Counted from the stretch's first letter, positions 1 through 11,599 are shown. The stretch is DNA of 64,000 bases from Verrucomicrobiota bacterium (GCA_039815375.1 JBCBZJ010000015.1:1-64000), one strand, 5' to 3'. Numbers and translations: made by a program. Notes: generated from the sequence alone by a model not told the origin.

Positions 1-150
1 CCAGACGGATAGACACAAAACGGCTGAACTCGCAAGATTTGGGCCTTCATTGTTGCTAATGGCGAACACCCATTGCCACCCAACTGCGATCAGGGCCGCA
101 TCAAATGCCAGAATGTTTGGCCAAGCCCAAAACTCAATTTTCGTGTTCAT
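1..150 (-). CDS. Membrane protein, N-terminal part (runs off window start)
   Basis: Manual translation from ATG at 150: MNTKIEFWAWPNILAFDAALIAVGWQWVFAISNNEGPNLASSAVLCLSVW, open to base 1; hydrophobic; co-oriented downstream of the glycosyltransferase. Confidence 0.6.
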   Translation of the reverse strand, partial: MNTKIEFWAWPNILAFDAALIAVGWQWVFAISNNEGPNLASSAVLCLSVW

Positions 151-203
151 TCGGTTCAGCGATTCCGAAGGGGTCCAGCGTATTTGCTGCTAGCTGCGCA
201 GTT

Positions 204-1331
204 TTAGGCTTCGTCAACAACGGCCTGTAGCTCTGTAGCAAAATCACGAACTATTCCATCCCAGCTGAGGGTCTCCGCGGTCTCTCTTGCTGCAGTTCGG
301 ATCGCAGGCCAGTTTTCCAGGTCATCGATTGAACGATTCAAAGAATCGAGGAAGTGGGCCTCGTCGTCGTAGTTTGCCAAGTAACCATTTTTGCCGTTCT
401 GAATAAACCTGCGGGGTGCAGCATAGTCGTAGGCCAGCGTGACAAGTCCCGACGCCATCGCCTCAGTGACGACGTTGCCAAAGGTTTCGGTTACACTTGG
501 GAAGATGAAGATATCGCCCGAGGCGTAGTGCTTTGCTAAGTCTTCACCTTGCTGCATTCCTGAGAAAATGAAATCGGGGTGGGCCTTTTCGAGTTTGGGA
601 CGTTCGGGGCCGTCTCCGACAAAGACGCAGGCGACTTCCGGCAACCTGTCCTTAACTGCTTCAAAGGCCTTCGCCGCGAGTGGGATGTTTTTTTCCGCGG
701 CTAGTCGACTGACGAAGATAGCGACGATACCACCCTCACCAACGCCCCATCTTTGCCTCAGGTCGAGGTTGCGTTTTTTCGGATCGAAAAGCTCGGTATC
801 GACGCCCCGGCCAAGTAGGCGAGTGCCTTCAATTCCCATTTGGTCGAGCTTGGAAATCACATCCTTGGAGGGGGCGAAAGTGCGCTTTGTCCTATTGTGA
901 GTTTTACGGAGGAAGCCCTGCACCATTTTTTCAAGAATGGGCAATTTGTAATGCTTCATATATTCGTGAAAATTGGTGTGGAAACCGGAAACCACCTCGA
1001 GATTCAGGTCTTCTGCGGCGCGTATCGCTGACTGGCCGAGTGGACCTTCTGTGGCGACATAGATAATGTCGGGGCATGTTTTCTCCCAATGTGCTCGGAG
1101 CTTGGTTCTGCAGGGAAGACCAAATCGTAGGCCATCATAACCGGGTAAAGGCAGCCCGGTTACAATAAGGGTCTCGTCATAAGTGGCGTTTTGTGCCTCG
1201 GAACTCTGGCGGGGGCGCACGATGTCCACGCGGTGTCCCTGGCGGGTGAGTTCTCCGCTGATACGGTGCAGGGTCATCGCGACACCATTCACTTCTGGTG
1301 GATATGTTTCGGTGACGATGCTTATATTCAT
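204..1331 (-). CDS. GT-B glycosyltransferase family 4
   Basis: N-terminal TETYPPEVNGVA; C-terminal FPSVTETFGNVVTEAMASG (E-x7-E) motif. Confidence 0.9.
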   Translation of the reverse strand: MNISIVTETYPPEVNGVAMTLHRISGELTRQGHRVDIVRPRQSSEAQNATYDETLIVTGLPLPGYDGLRFGLPCRTKLRAHWEKTCPDIIYVATEGPLGQSAIRAAEDLNLEVVSGFHTNFHEYMKHYKLPILEKMVQGFLRKTHNRTKRTFAPSKDVISKLDQMGIEGTRLLGRGVDTELFDPKKRNLDLRQRWGVGEGGIVAIFVSRLAAEKNIPLAAKAFEAVKDRLPEVACVFVGDGPERPKLEKAHPDFIFSGMQQGEDLAKHYASGDIFIFPSVTETFGNVVTEAMASGLVTLAYDYAAPRRFIQNGKNGYLANYDDEAHFLDSLNRSIDDLENWPAIRTAARETAETLSWDGIVRDFATELQAVVDEA

Positions 1332-1416
1332 GACCGGTTCAGTGATTGCTTTGTCGCGGTTGTCGCGCAGATTTTCAACTGTTTCTTTTACTTGTCGCCT
1401 TTATTACTGAATTAAC

Positions 1417-2301
1417 TTGGCCAAAACACTACATATTATCACCGGCCCAACTGCGGTCGGTAAATCCGATTTCGCTCTTGATTATGCCGAGCAGCACAAC
1501 GCTGAAATTCTTTCCTGCGATGCTTCCCTGGTTTATCGACACATGGATATCGGCACAGCAAAGCCGACAAAGGAAGAGATGGCACGAGTTCCTCATCATA
1601 TGATCGATATCTGCGAAGTCGACCAGCCCTACAATATTGTGGCCTTTGATGGAGCAGCTCATCGGGTAGTGCAGGAGATTACTGCCCGGGGAAAGTCTGT
1701 TGTCGTAACGGGCGGCAGTGGTTTTTACCTGAAAAGTTTTCTAGCGCCGGTCATAGATACGATTTCGGTTTCGGATGAGGTTCGTGAAGAGGTCGAGAGG
1801 ATCTATGCTTCCTTCGGATTGGGCGGCCTCTTGTCTGAATTGAATACCCTCAGTCCTGAAGGTATCGGGAATTTGGATACGAAAAACCCTCGTCGTGTGC
1901 TGCGTGCGTTGGAGAGGTGTATTGCCTCAGGAAAGTCATTGCCTCAACTCCAAGATGAGTTTGCTGCCCGTCCTGAACCATATTCGGATTTCGGGAAATG
2001 CCTGATACTTCTTGAGCGCGAACCTGAGAGCTTGAAGGCGCGCATCGCTCAACGAGCAGAGAAGATGCTGGCTTCAGGTCTGGTCGATGAGGTGCGTTCT
2101 TTACAGCAGCTGGGCATCGAGCAAAATCCAAACGCAGCCTCGGCGATTGGTTACCGAGAAACCTTATCTTTTCTTAGAGGCGATCTGCATGAAGAAGAGC
2201 TCTTACCCGAGATTATTCAAAACACGATTCACCTTGTTAAAAAACAGCGCACTTGGTTTCGCACGCAGATTCGCCAACCAAATGAAGTTATTCAATTTTG
2301 A
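1417..2301 (+). CDS. miaA: tRNA dimethylallyltransferase
   Basis: GPTAVGKS P-loop, MDIGTAKP, GGSGFYL, NPRRVLRALE, KKQRTWFR; TTG start. Confidence 0.95.
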   Translation: MAKTLHIITGPTAVGKSDFALDYAEQHNAEILSCDASLVYRHMDIGTAKPTKEEMARVPHHMIDICEVDQPYNIVAFDGAAHRVVQEITARGKSVVVTGGSGFYLKSFLAPVIDTISVSDEVREEVERIYASFGLGGLLSELNTLSPEGIGNLDTKNPRRVLRALERCIASGKSLPQLQDEFAARPEPYSDFGKCLILLEREPESLKARIAQRAEKMLASGLVDEVRSLQQLGIEQNPNAASAIGYRETLSFLRGDLHEEELLPEIIQNTIHLVKKQRTWFRTQIRQPNEVIQF

Positions 2302-2406
2302 TTTCGCTTACATTCGTTAGGAGCGAGCTTTATGATTCCAAAATTAACCATTGTTGAGCAGTGTTCGAAATGAAAATAAAACTAGTTTTAAGAACGTTAA
2401 ATTAAA

Positions 2407-3321
2407 ATGTCCCCCCTGAGGCAGTTTACTCATGAACCACTCAAGGTCGCCCCGTCGAGGCGGATGCATCGGTTCTTCGTGATTTGTTACTGGCTGGTGC
2501 CGACTCTTGTCTTGTTGCTCATCATTCTGGGGTCGAGCATCTTTGTTATTGTGAATCTCAGGCCCGAGTCCGTTCAAGAAGAAGAGACTGATTCTTCCCA
2601 GACGAGCTTCAATACGACCTTCGCCTCTTCTGCGATTATGGGCCAAGGGCAATTGCTCGAGACCTACGTGGAAGCAATCGGCGGACGCGATGTGCTTATG
2701 GATCTGAGATCGCTTCGTCGCGACGGCACGATTCTCGGCAGAGATAGTGAAGAAGAATTCGACTTTCAATTAATTGCCAGCTTGCCGGATAAATTAGCGT
2801 TCTCGTTGGAGTCCAGCGATGGCTCGCGGAAGCGTTTCCTTCTTAACGGTGCGGTTGCCTGGCAGGTGGTCGAAACAGAGGAAGGCATTCGTCAGATTGT
2901 GCTTCTCGAAGAGAGACCAACTCAAGCGATGATCAAGGCCTCTCGCCTTTATGATCCATTACTTGAATTAGCTCTCGGCGGGCAGGGGGTTATTCTTGCA
3001 ATTAACGAGTTGAAATACAACGGCGTTGAATGTCTGGAGATTACCAAGATGCAAGCCGATGGCTCTACACTGCAGTGCTTTTTGAGCAAGCGCACGTTTT
3101 ACTTGATTGCTGTAGAAGAGACAGTTGATGAGGGCGGAGAAGCTATCGACTACAAGACAATTTACAGTGATCACCGGATGGTATCCGGAATTGTGCAGCC
3201 GTTCAGAAAGAAGGCATATAAGAACGATATACTTTTAGATGACAGGATGATTCGATCCATCCGAGTCAATTCCGGAGTAATGTCTTCGCTTTTTAAAGTG
3301 CCTGAGGATTTGGTGCCGTGA
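2407..3321 (+). CDS. Membrane-anchored hypothetical protein, possible LolA-like/lipoprotein-sorting fold
   Basis: N-terminal TM helix; YVEAIGG and YSDHRMVSGIVQPF motifs resembling outer-membrane lipoprotein-sorting-like proteins. Confidence 0.5.
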   Translation: MSPLRQFTHEPLKVAPSRRMHRFFVICYWLVPTLVLLLIILGSSIFVIVNLRPESVQEEETDSSQTSFNTTFASSAIMGQGQLLETYVEAIGGRDVLMDLRSLRRDGTILGRDSEEEFDFQLIASLPDKLAFSLESSDGSRKRFLLNGAVAWQVVETEEGIRQIVLLEERPTQAMIKASRLYDPLLELALGGQGVILAINELKYNGVECLEITKMQADGSTLQCFLSKRTFYLIAVEETVDEGGEAIDYKTIYSDHRMVSGIVQPFRKKAYKNDILLDDRMIRSIRVNSGVMSSLFKVPEDLVP

Positions 3322-4461
3322 TCATAAGCCCTTGATCCGATGCATGTCCCTAAATTTGCGTGGGGACATTTGCGTGTGCTTTTTGAACCATGCCGAAAAG
3401 TGATGTGGTTCCGGGTAGCCGCAGTCTTCTCCTGTCCTGGTTATTGTTTGATTTGTCTGGAGAAGCAGTTCCTTCGCTCTGCCAAGGCGCATGTCACTAA
3501 TCATCTGGTAGGGACTTTTATCCAAGCCTTCACGTGTCGCCATCTCGAGAATTCGTCGAGACACGCCTAGCCGTCGGCAGAGTTGGGCAACATCAAAATC
3601 TGCTTTCCAAAAGGAGTCTTCAATCGTGCGTTCTGCACGTTCGGCGAGCTGCGACTGCCGCGAAGGAAGGCTTGATGCTCGCGCGATTAATTTGGCGGCT
3701 ATTGTAGCGTGCTCCACAGATCCAGGCGGGGTATTTTTTGAATTCAGCAAGTTCTTCATCATTTCGGCAGCGAGAAAGCCGATCCGACGTGCGGGTATGT
3801 CAAAACTGCTGAGACCAATTCCAGCAAAAGTGGATTCTGTCGGATCATTGCCAATTCCGATGACCAGAATATCCTTGCCGACTTTCAATCCAACCAGAGA
3901 AGCTTCGTTGCAGAGTTCACGTGCGATGCGGTCGCTGGAACACAGAACGCCGACCGGTTTTTTGAGCTTCTGGAGCTGCTCTAGTTGTTGCCTGCGTGAT
4001 AGTCGCGGCTCCAGGGCTCGATAGTTGTCGTGCGGGCAATTTATTGCGAAGTGCTTTCGACGTATCTGGTTAAAATACGCATGGTCCCGCCCGATGAAGG
4101 CGAATTCCTTGGCTCCATGTTCGATCAAATGTGATGCAGCTGAGGTTCCGATTGCAGCGTCATCCAGACAGATACTCGGGACAGTCTTGATTTCGGAAAA
4201 ATTGAATAGGTTGACGGCTGCGACTTTTCTCCTGGAGAGCCCGCGTAGCCATTCGTCGCTCACGAATGTTCCGATTGCACCGCACAAGCGCCCCGATTCA
4301 GCCAATTCGATCAATTTCTCTTCAAAGCCGAAATTTAGCGGCAGCAATTGCCAGTTTAGTCCCGCCCCCTCAACAAAATTGGAAGCACCACTGAAAACTT
4401 CGGCGGCGTGCCTAAAATTCATATCATAGGCAATGGCTATGATCTTAGACTCATTTATCAT
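3322..4461 (-). CDS. XylR-type transcriptional regulator (LacI-like ligand-binding domain + AraC HTH)
   Basis: Periplasmic-binding-like N-terminus (DDAAIG, VIGIGND); C-terminal AraC signature CGYPEPHHFSAWFKKHTQMSPRKFR. Confidence 0.85.
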   Translation of the reverse strand: MINESKIIAIAYDMNFRHAAEVFSGASNFVEGAGLNWQLLPLNFGFEEKLIELAESGRLCGAIGTFVSDEWLRGLSRRKVAAVNLFNFSEIKTVPSICLDDAAIGTSAASHLIEHGAKEFAFIGRDHAYFNQIRRKHFAINCPHDNYRALEPRLSRRQQLEQLQKLKKPVGVLCSSDRIARELCNEASLVGLKVGKDILVIGIGNDPTESTFAGIGLSSFDIPARRIGFLAAEMMKNLLNSKNTPPGSVEHATIAAKLIARASSLPSRQSQLAERAERTIEDSFWKADFDVAQLCRRLGVSRRILEMATREGLDKSPYQMISDMRLGRAKELLLQTNQTITRTGEDCGYPEPHHFSAWFKKHTQMSPRKFRDMHRIKGL

Positions 4462-4539
4462 ATGAAATTCGCATATATATAAATAAAATTACGTAAATAC
4501 GAAAAGACTTTCTTTCCTGAGTTTATTAATATGCTCTCC

Positions 4540-5553
4540 ATGAAAAAAGCACTGATTACCGGAATTACCGGTCAGGACGGATCCTACCTCGCTGAGCTAC
4601 TCCTTGAAAAGGGCTATGAGGTGCATGGAATTATTCGGCGGGCATCGACCTTCAACACAGACCGTATCGAGCACCTCTACAACGACCCTCATGTTAACGG
4701 GACCAAACTTTTTCTCCATTACGGCGATCTAGCCGACGGCGTTCAGATGGTGAAGTTACTTTACGGTCTCCAACCGGACGAGATCTATCACCTAGGTGCA
4801 CAGAGCCATGTTCGTGTCTCCTTCGACGTGCCGGAATACACTGGCGATGTGACTGGAATCGGGACTTTGCGCATTCTTGAGGCGATTCGTGAAACGGGCC
4901 TCAATAAGTGTCGTTTCTACCAAGCTTCGTCTTCGGAGATGTTTGGACTGGTTCAAGAAGTCCCTCAGACCGAAGAAACGCCTTTCTACCCTCGTTCACC
5001 ATATGGTTGCGCAAAGGTTTATGCCTATTGGTTGACGGTGAATTACCGCGAATCCTACAATTTGCATGCGACTAATGGTATTTTGTTCAACCATGAGTCT
5101 CCGCGTCGCGGCGAGACTTTCGTTACGCGAAAGATCACCCGTGCGGCGACTCGGATCAAGATGGGGCTCCAGGATAAACTCTATCTCGGCAACCTCGATG
5201 CACAGCGTGATTGGGGTTACGCCAAGGAATATGTCGAGGCAATGTGGCTTATGCTTCAGCAGGATAGCGGGGACGATTATGTAATGGCCACTAATGAGAC
5301 CCACTCGGTCAGGGAATTCGTCCAGGAGACCTTTGCACTGCTCGACCTCGATTGGGAAAAATATGTGGATTACGACAAGCGCTATGAGCGTCCCGCAGAG
5401 GTTGATCTCTTGATCGGTGACCCCTCCAAGGCGAAGCGGCAGCTCGACTGGGAGCCTAAGGTCCGCTTTAAGGATCTGGTTAAGATTATGGTCGATGCAG
5501 ATCTGGTAATCGCGAAACAGGAACTCGCTTATCAACAGGCCATCAATGCATAA
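4540..5553 (+). CDS. gmd: GDP-mannose 4,6-dehydratase
   Basis: [51 protein letters not shown]; alternative ATG at 4531. Confidence 0.97.
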   Translation: MKKALITGITGQDGSYLAELLLEKGYEVHGIIRRASTFNTDRIEHLYNDPHVNGTKLFLHYGDLADGVQMVKLLYGLQPDEIYHLGAQSHVRVSFDVPEYTGDVTGIGTLRILEAIRETGLNKCRFYQASSSEMFGLVQEVPQTEETPFYPRSPYGCAKVYAYWLTVNYRESYNLHATNGILFNHESPRRGETFVTRKITRAATRIKMGLQDKLYLGNLDAQRDWGYAKEYVEAMWLMLQQDSGDDYVMATNETHSVREFVQETFALLDLDWEKYVDYDKRYERPAEVDLLIGDPSKAKRQLDWEPKVRFKDLVKIMVDADLVIAKQELAYQQAINA

Positions 5554-6493
5554 AGAGACTAGAATCTACGTCGCTGGTCATCGTGGAATGGTCGGTTCGG
5601 CAGTTGTTCGGGCTCTGGAGGCGAAAGGTTGCGCGAATCTAATTACCCGCACACGCAGCGAGCTCGACTTGACCAGCCAAATCGCGGTGCGCGATTTTTT
5701 CGATTCGGAGAAGCCGGAGATAGCTGTTATCGCGGCGGCACGTGTTGGAGGGATACATGCAAATAACACCTATCCGGCCGAATTCATGTTCGAGAATCTG
5801 GCTATCGCACAAAACACTATTCACGAGGCCTACCGGGCGGGAGTCAGGCGCCTCCTCTTTCTCGGCAGCACCTGCATCTATCCGAAGATGGCGCAGCAGC
5901 CAATCCTTGAAGAGTCTTTGCTGACTGGTCAGCTTGAGCCAACCAATGAGGCTTATGCGATTGCCAAGATCGCAGGTCTGAAACTCTGTCAGTTTTATCG
6001 TCGCCAGTATGGTGTGACCTATCACTCGGCAATGCCGACCAATCTTTACGGTCCCGGAGATAACTATCACCCCAAAAACTCGCACGTATTGCCTGCATTG
6101 ATACGTCGTTTTCATGAAGCCAAAGTCAACGATGATGGTGAGGTGGCGATTTGGGGCACCGGCTCACCTTTGCGAGAGTTCCTTCATGCCGATGACGCTG
6201 CTTCCGGCATTCTTCACTTGTTACAACTCGAGAACCCTCCCGATTGGGTTAACCTCGGCTGCGGGAAGGATGTTTCCATTGGTGAACTTGCGAAACTAGT
6301 CAAGAAGGTGACCGGCTTTCAGGGACAGTTGACTTTTGATACGTCCAAGCCCGACGGTACGCCTCGAAAGCTCACAGATATTTCGAAAATCAAGGAAACC
6401 GGTTGGACACCCAGAGTCTCAATCGAAGAGGGCGTGGACATGGCCTATCAGTCTTACCTGCAGGAAAAAGCCAGCGGTAGACTAAGGGAGTGA
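5546..6493 (+). CDS. fcl: GDP-L-fucose synthase
   Basis: [49 protein letters not shown]; overlaps gmd end. Confidence 0.96.
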   Translation: MHKETRIYVAGHRGMVGSAVVRALEAKGCANLITRTRSELDLTSQIAVRDFFDSEKPEIAVIAAARVGGIHANNTYPAEFMFENLAIAQNTIHEAYRAGVRRLLFLGSTCIYPKMAQQPILEESLLTGQLEPTNEAYAIAKIAGLKLCQFYRRQYGVTYHSAMPTNLYGPGDNYHPKNSHVLPALIRRFHEAKVNDDGEVAIWGTGSPLREFLHADDAASGILHLLQLENPPDWVNLGCGKDVSIGELAKLVKKVTGFQGQLTFDTSKPDGTPRKLTDISKIKETGWTPRVSIEEGVDMAYQSYLQEKASGRLRE

Positions 6494-6543
6494 GTTAAAA
6501 TTCTCCTTTTCAAAGCGCCCGCTTTACGCGAGCGTTGTCTCTT

Positions 6544-7707
6544 ATGATTACAACTACCGATGCCTTAGCCACTGCTGTGCGCCGTGCGCGTGAAGCAGGA
6601 GCAGTCGGTGTCGACACTGAATTTATCTGGGATCGCACCTTCTATCCCACACTAGGTGTGGTTCAAATCGGCTACCCGGACGGTGAGGCCCTGCTGATCG
6701 ATGCACCTGAGATTGACGATTGGTCGCCGCTTGCAGAGCTCATGTCGGATGCAAATACGGCTAAAATCCTTCATGATGCGCAGCAGGACCTAAATATTCT
6801 GCACCGCGCCTGCGGTGGATTGCCTAAGAACGTTTTCGATACGCAGCGTTCAGCAGGTTTTGTCGGGCTTTCTTCAACCATTTCTTTGAGCGAAGTGCTT
6901 AAGACCATGCTGCGGATCCGTCTTGCCAAAACCGAAACCCGCTCCGACTGGACCGCGAGGCCGCTTACCGAAGCACAGGAGAAATATGCGAAGGACGATG
7001 TAGCGCATTCGGTCGAGCTCATGCTCAAGATCATGAAGAAGGCTGAAAAGCTTGGCCGTGGCGAATGGATCAAAGACGAGATGCGTGAGCACGAGAACGA
7101 GGTGCTCTATGAAGAAAAGAACCCTGATCTGGAGATGCCCCGCGTCCGCGGTAGCGGATCGCTCACCCATCAACAACGTGATATGCTTCGTGCGCTTGGA
7201 TCCTGGCGTGAGTTGAGGGCTCGTGAGCGAAATCTTCCCCGGAGTTTCATCCTTTCGGATGACGCCATTATTTCTCTGATCAAGAAGCCGCCTTCACAGC
7301 CCGATGACATCCGCCCGATGAAGGGCCTGAGCGAACGTAACGCCGATCGCAATCGAGGCGCCATATGGAAGGCGATCGAACGAGGTCGGAGCCGCGATCT
7401 TCCTCAGCTGCCAAATGGGCGTCATCAAGGTCCGCAACCAGACGATGGTTATGAAGCGCGTGTTGATCTTGCTCTCGCTTATATTAAGGGCACTTGCCTT
7501 GCGGCAAAAATCGACCCGGCGCTTATCGGCAACCGGGCAGAGATCACGACCTTCATTCTCGAGATTGAAAATGCCTGTCCAACTCGTCATCGCCTGCTCT
7601 CCGGTTGGCGTGGCGAGTTCTGCGGAAAGGCATTGCAGGGCCTGCTCAATGGAGAGGGCTGCATATCGATTGATAACGAATCGAAGCTGCCGAAATACAT
7701 TGCTTAG
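6544..7707 (+). CDS. rnd: Ribonuclease D (DEDD 3'-5' exonuclease + HRDC)
   Basis: VDTEF, HDAQQD, FDTQ, SDWTARPL, YAKDD, WRE..AR..NLPRSFILSD. Confidence 0.9.
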   Translation: MITTTDALATAVRRAREAGAVGVDTEFIWDRTFYPTLGVVQIGYPDGEALLIDAPEIDDWSPLAELMSDANTAKILHDAQQDLNILHRACGGLPKNVFDTQRSAGFVGLSSTISLSEVLKTMLRIRLAKTETRSDWTARPLTEAQEKYAKDDVAHSVELMLKIMKKAEKLGRGEWIKDEMREHENEVLYEEKNPDLEMPRVRGSGSLTHQQRDMLRALGSWRELRARERNLPRSFILSDDAIISLIKKPPSQPDDIRPMKGLSERNADRNRGAIWKAIERGRSRDLPQLPNGRHQGPQPDDGYEARVDLALAYIKGTCLAAKIDPALIGNRAEITTFILEIENACPTRHRLLSGWRGEFCGKALQGLLNGEGCISIDNESKLPKYIA

Positions 7708-7828
7708 CGTTCCGAGTATTCTGCTAAAGAAATCTCCCCATACAGATATATTCTAATAAAGCATCCGTTTGATGCGTTGTTCATGTGAAACCGCCAGGTA
7801 GCGCTGCCCGGCACTCACCCGAATCACA

Positions 7829-8350
7829 ATGAAAAATGAACAACCAAATCCCAATTCTGAGTGGGTGCGCTCCCTTGTGGAGACCCATGCGGCCGACCTT
7901 ACGCGTTATGCCGCTTCCATTCTTGGCGATGACGATGCCGCCAAGGATGTTGTGCAAGATAGTTTTGTTCGCCTCTGGCGCGAACCACGCGAGAAAGTTG
8001 AAGATCATGTTCGGCCCTGGCTCTTTCGTGTCTGTCGGAGCCGTGCGCTTGACCTGCGCCGGAAAGGAGTGCGCATGAGCCCGCTCACCGATGCTCAGGC
8101 TGCGATGAGACCCGCAGAAGGTCGCGGTCCAGAGGAGGCCGTCGAACGGCGTGACAGTCACGCTCAGGTCATGGACTTCATGCAGCAACTGCCCGAAAAC
8201 CAACGTGAGGTCGTCCGACTGAAGTTTCAGAATGACCTTAGCTATAAGGAAATCGCAACTGTCACCGACCTCTCTGTCACAAACGTCGGTTTCCTGCTTC
8301 ACACCGCATTAAAGACCCTCCGTGCCCAGGTAACTGCTTCCGGAGAGTAA
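7829..8350 (+). CDS. ECF sigma-70 factor
   Basis: [13 protein letters not shown] (region 2); [20 protein letters not shown] (region 4). Confidence 0.93.
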   Translation: MKNEQPNPNSEWVRSLVETHAADLTRYAASILGDDDAAKDVVQDSFVRLWREPREKVEDHVRPWLFRVCRSRALDLRRKGVRMSPLTDAQAAMRPAEGRGPEEAVERRDSHAQVMDFMQQLPENQREVVRLKFQNDLSYKEIATVTDLSVTNVGFLLHTALKTLRAQVTASGE

Positions 8351-8368
8351 GCCGAAAGGACAAATACC

Positions 8369-10564
8369 ATGAATATTTCAAAAGAAGATCCCATTTTAAC
8401 CGCTTTCGCACTTGGCGAAATCCGTGATCCGAAAGAACGCTCTGAAGTTGAACAAGTTGTTGCTGCAGATCCCGAGCTGGAGGCCGAGGTTCAGAGTATT
8501 CGTAGCATGAGTGAACAGCTCTCCGCTGCTTTCCATTCCGAAGCCGTTCCCGAGCTCAGCGAGTTCGAAAAAGCCAGCCTGCAGGCCGTTCCGGAACCGA
8601 AGCGTTCCTGGGTGCGTGTGCTCATTTCCTGGCCAGTCGTTACGACCGCAGCGGCAGCGGTGCTTGCCCTGCTTCTTATTCCGCAGGTTGGAAGTGTCCG
8701 ATTCGAGGAGATCTCCGAATTGGAACAGGGCCAGGAAACTGAGCCCGTTGTCTCTCGCTACCGAGAGCTCAATGTCGATATCCCTACTGAATCAATCGAG
8801 GGCACGCCGCAACCGATTAATGTGCCTGGTTTGGAGCCCGCTCCGACCAAAGCACCGCGCATGTTGGTGCCGGTTCAGGAAGGAAGTGCTGTGTCTGACA
8901 GACGCCTCTCTGGTCAGGATGAACTTGAACTCGGTTTAGCTGAAAGCACAAAGGGCAAAGCGCTGGGCTATGTGTCTGGAGATGAGGTCAGTAGCTCTCC
9001 AGGCGTTGTGACTGAGTCCAATTTGTCTACGGCGGCTAAACCACCACGTTCTAGATCGTTTGGGGCTTTTGCAGACATGGATCTAACTAATAGTCTGGCA
9101 GCTCCGGTTCCGCAGGCTGGGGAGCGGACCGAATGGAACACCGAAAAGTATGATCCGATTGACGATACCGATTTCCGATCGCCGCTGGTCGCACCGCTTT
9201 CGACCTTTTCGATCGATGTCGATACGGCCAGCTACGCCAACGTCCGTCGCTTTCTCAACCAAGGGCAGTTGCCGCCAGCGGATGCCGTGCGCATCGAGGA
9301 GCTGGTCAACTACTTCAGTTACACGGATGCCGCACCCGTGGAATCCTTGGAAGAAGGTGGTGATCCTTTCGCTGTGCGCATGGCGCAGGCCACCGCTCCG
9401 TGGAATGACGAGCACCGTTTGCTACGCGTCGCCCTTAAGGGCTACGAAATGCCGTGGGAGGAGCGTCCTGCTTCCAATCTGGTCTTTTTGCTCGATGTAT
9501 CCGGATCAATGGACAGCACGAACAAGCTGCCGCTGGTTAAGGAGGCTATGCAGATCCTGACTGACCGCCTCGATCAGCGGGACCGCGTGGCCATCGTAGT
9601 CTACGCAGGTGCCTCCGGCCTGGTGCTTCCCTCGACGACAGCCAACAATACGGAGACGATCGAGCACGCGCTCAATCAGCTCAATGCGGGTGGCTCCACT
9701 AATGGGGGTGCCGGAATCAAGCTGGCTTACAAGGTGGCCCGAGAAAACTTTGTCGAGGGCGGCAATAATCGAGTGATCCTTTGCACCGATGGGGATTTCA
9801 ACATCGGCCAAACCAACCGTAGTGAGCTGACTGAGATCGCCTCCAAAGAGGCCGAAGAAGGCGTTTCTCTGACCGTTCTCGGTTTCGGTATGGGCAACTA
9901 CAAGGACGACATTCTTGAAGATCTTTCCAATAAGGGTAAGGGTAGCTACGCCTACGTCGACTCTCGGGCTGAAGCCCGGAAGGTCTTTCTGGAGGACCTC
10001 GCCAGCAATATCTTCAAGATTGCCAAAGACGTGAAGATCCAAGTCGAGTTCAATCCGCAGCAGGTTCAAGCGTATCGACTGATTGGATACGAGAATCGCC
10101 GTCTGAAGGCTGAGGACTTCAATAACGACAAGAAAAAAGCCGGTGATATCGGCCCGGGACATACGGTGACGGCCTTCTACGAGATCGTTCCCGCTGGCAG
10201 CGAGTTTGAGCTCCCCGGTGTAGACAAGCTGCGCTACCAGCAAGAGTCGGAGACTGAAGTCGCTTCAGGAGAAGTGGCTACCGTTAAACTCCGCTATAAG
10301 ACGCCGGAAGCCGACAAGAGTCGCCTGATTCGCCGGACAGCGCACAGCGAGGATGTGGTCGAGTTTGAGCAAGCGAATGACGACTTCCGCTTCGGTGCAG
10401 CGGTAGCTGCATTCGGTTTCAAACTCCGTGCTTCCGATACCATCGGCGAATTCAGTTATGCACAGATTGAGCAGATTGCGACCGGAGCGATTGCCGAGGA
10501 TCCCGGTGGCCACCGTTCCGAGTTTACCGATTTGGTTCGGAAAGCAGAGCAGTTTAGCAAGTAA
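8369..10564 (+). CDS. Membrane-anchored von Willebrand factor A protein (YfbK-like), putative anti-sigma partner
   Basis: N-terminal LTAFALGE helix, TM helix, [17 protein letters not shown] motif [27 protein letters not shown]. Confidence 0.88.
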   Translation: MNISKEDPILTAFALGEIRDPKERSEVEQVVAADPELEAEVQSIRSMSEQLSAAFHSEAVPELSEFEKASLQAVPEPKRSWVRVLISWPVVTTAAAAVLALLLIPQVGSVRFEEISELEQGQETEPVVSRYRELNVDIPTESIEGTPQPINVPGLEPAPTKAPRMLVPVQEGSAVSDRRLSGQDELELGLAESTKGKALGYVSGDEVSSSPGVVTESNLSTAAKPPRSRSFGAFADMDLTNSLAAPVPQAGERTEWNTEKYDPIDDTDFRSPLVAPLSTFSIDVDTASYANVRRFLNQGQLPPADAVRIEELVNYFSYTDAAPVESLEEGGDPFAVRMAQATAPWNDEHRLLRVALKGYEMPWEERPASNLVFLLDVSGSMDSTNKLPLVKEAMQILTDRLDQRDRVAIVVYAGASGLVLPSTTANNTETIEHALNQLNAGGSTNGGAGIKLAYKVARENFVEGGNNRVILCTDGDFNIGQTNRSELTEIASKEAEEGVSLTVLGFGMGNYKDDILEDLSNKGKGSYAYVDSRAEARKVFLEDLASNIFKIAKDVKIQVEFNPQQVQAYRLIGYENRRLKAEDFNNDKKKAGDIGPGHTVTAFYEIVPAGSEFELPGVDKLRYQQESETEVASGEVATVKLRYKTPEADKSRLIRRTAHSEDVVEFEQANDDFRFGAAVAAFGFKLRASDTIGEFSYAQIEQIATGAIAEDPGGHRSEFTDLVRKAEQFSK

Positions 10565-10584
10565 GCTATCTCAGCTATCCAATT

Positions 10585-10614
10585 AAGGAGTCGCGAGTTC
10601 TCGCGGCTCCTTTT
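10585..10614 (+). terminator. Intrinsic terminator between convergent genes
   Basis: AAGGAGTCGCGAG-TT-CTCGCGGCTCCTTTT hairpin followed by a T run. Confidence 0.7.
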
Positions 10615-10619
10615 GCGAT

Positions 10620-11492
10620 CTACCCCTTGTAGGCAAAGGCTTCGACGCCCTGGACATCAAGGCCGTCGATAACAAAGACCTTGCCGGCATCTGCTTCGAC
10701 CTTCGACTTATGGACGCCCGTAGTGACGAAAAGTCGGTCCAGCTTGGGGCCACCGAAGGCGCAGGCGGTCGTCTCGACTGCAGGGATATCGACCTGCTGT
10801 AATTTTTCTCCGGAAGTTGGATCGAATCGCACCACGCAGCCGCCGTGGCAGAAGGCCACCCAGATCTTATCTTCAGCGTCGATTGTCATCCCGTCGGGTG
10901 AGCTATCGTAGCCGGCAGCATCCGTATCGACCACGACGCGTGCATTGGAAATATCCCCGGTTGCAATGTCGAAGTCATAGGCCCGGATCTGTCGGGTTGG
11001 TGTATCTATGTAATACATCGTATCTGCTGACGCATTCCAGCAGAGGCCGTTGGAATTCGTTACTTCCGGGATCTTGAGGCTGAGCGTGCCGTCGTTCTCG
11101 AGGCAGTAGCAGTTTGCATCGCCTGTTTTTTTCACGAGGCTGATCGTTCCAGCCCAGAAGCGACCGGACGGATCGCATTTGCCGTCGTTGAAGCGGTTAT
11201 CGGGACGTTTGTCGGCCTCGGGGTCGGCGAGAGGAGTCTTTTCTCCGGTCGTCAGGTCGAATGCATAGATGCCGCTATCTCCCGCACAGAGGTAGCTGCC
11301 GCTGGCGCGCGGCACGACAGTGCCAATGCGTTCTCCGATTTCATAGATTGTCTCTTCTCCGGTTTCAGGGTCGAGTTCGACGAGCGTGTGCCCCTCGATG
11401 TCGACATAGACGAGTTTATTCTGCCACCAAATGGGACCCTCGCCCCAATTGGATTGGCGTGAGCCAATGGTTTGAACGGTGATTTCTGTCAT
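10620..11492 (-). CDS. SMP-30/gluconolactonase/LRE family protein
   Basis: GEGP, RFNDGKCDPSGRFWAGT, SNGLCW, PDGMTIDAE, CAFGG. Confidence 0.92.
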   Translation of the reverse strand: MTEITVQTIGSRQSNWGEGPIWWQNKLVYVDIEGHTLVELDPETGEETIYEIGERIGTVVPRASGSYLCAGDSGIYAFDLTTGEKTPLADPEADKRPDNRFNDGKCDPSGRFWAGTISLVKKTGDANCYCLENDGTLSLKIPEVTNSNGLCWNASADTMYYIDTPTRQIRAYDFDIATGDISNARVVVDTDAAGYDSSPDGMTIDAEDKIWVAFCHGGCVVRFDPTSGEKLQQVDIPAVETTACAFGGPKLDRLFVTTGVHKSKVEADAGKVFVIDGLDVQGVEAFAYKG

Positions 11493-11599
11493 GCTGTGTG
11501 ATGGATTTGAAAGCTTGGTTGGAATGCGTAAAGGAGTTATTTACATCGCCATCTCGCTCTCAACTTTCTGCGTGTCGGTGCAGGATTTACAATCAGGTT

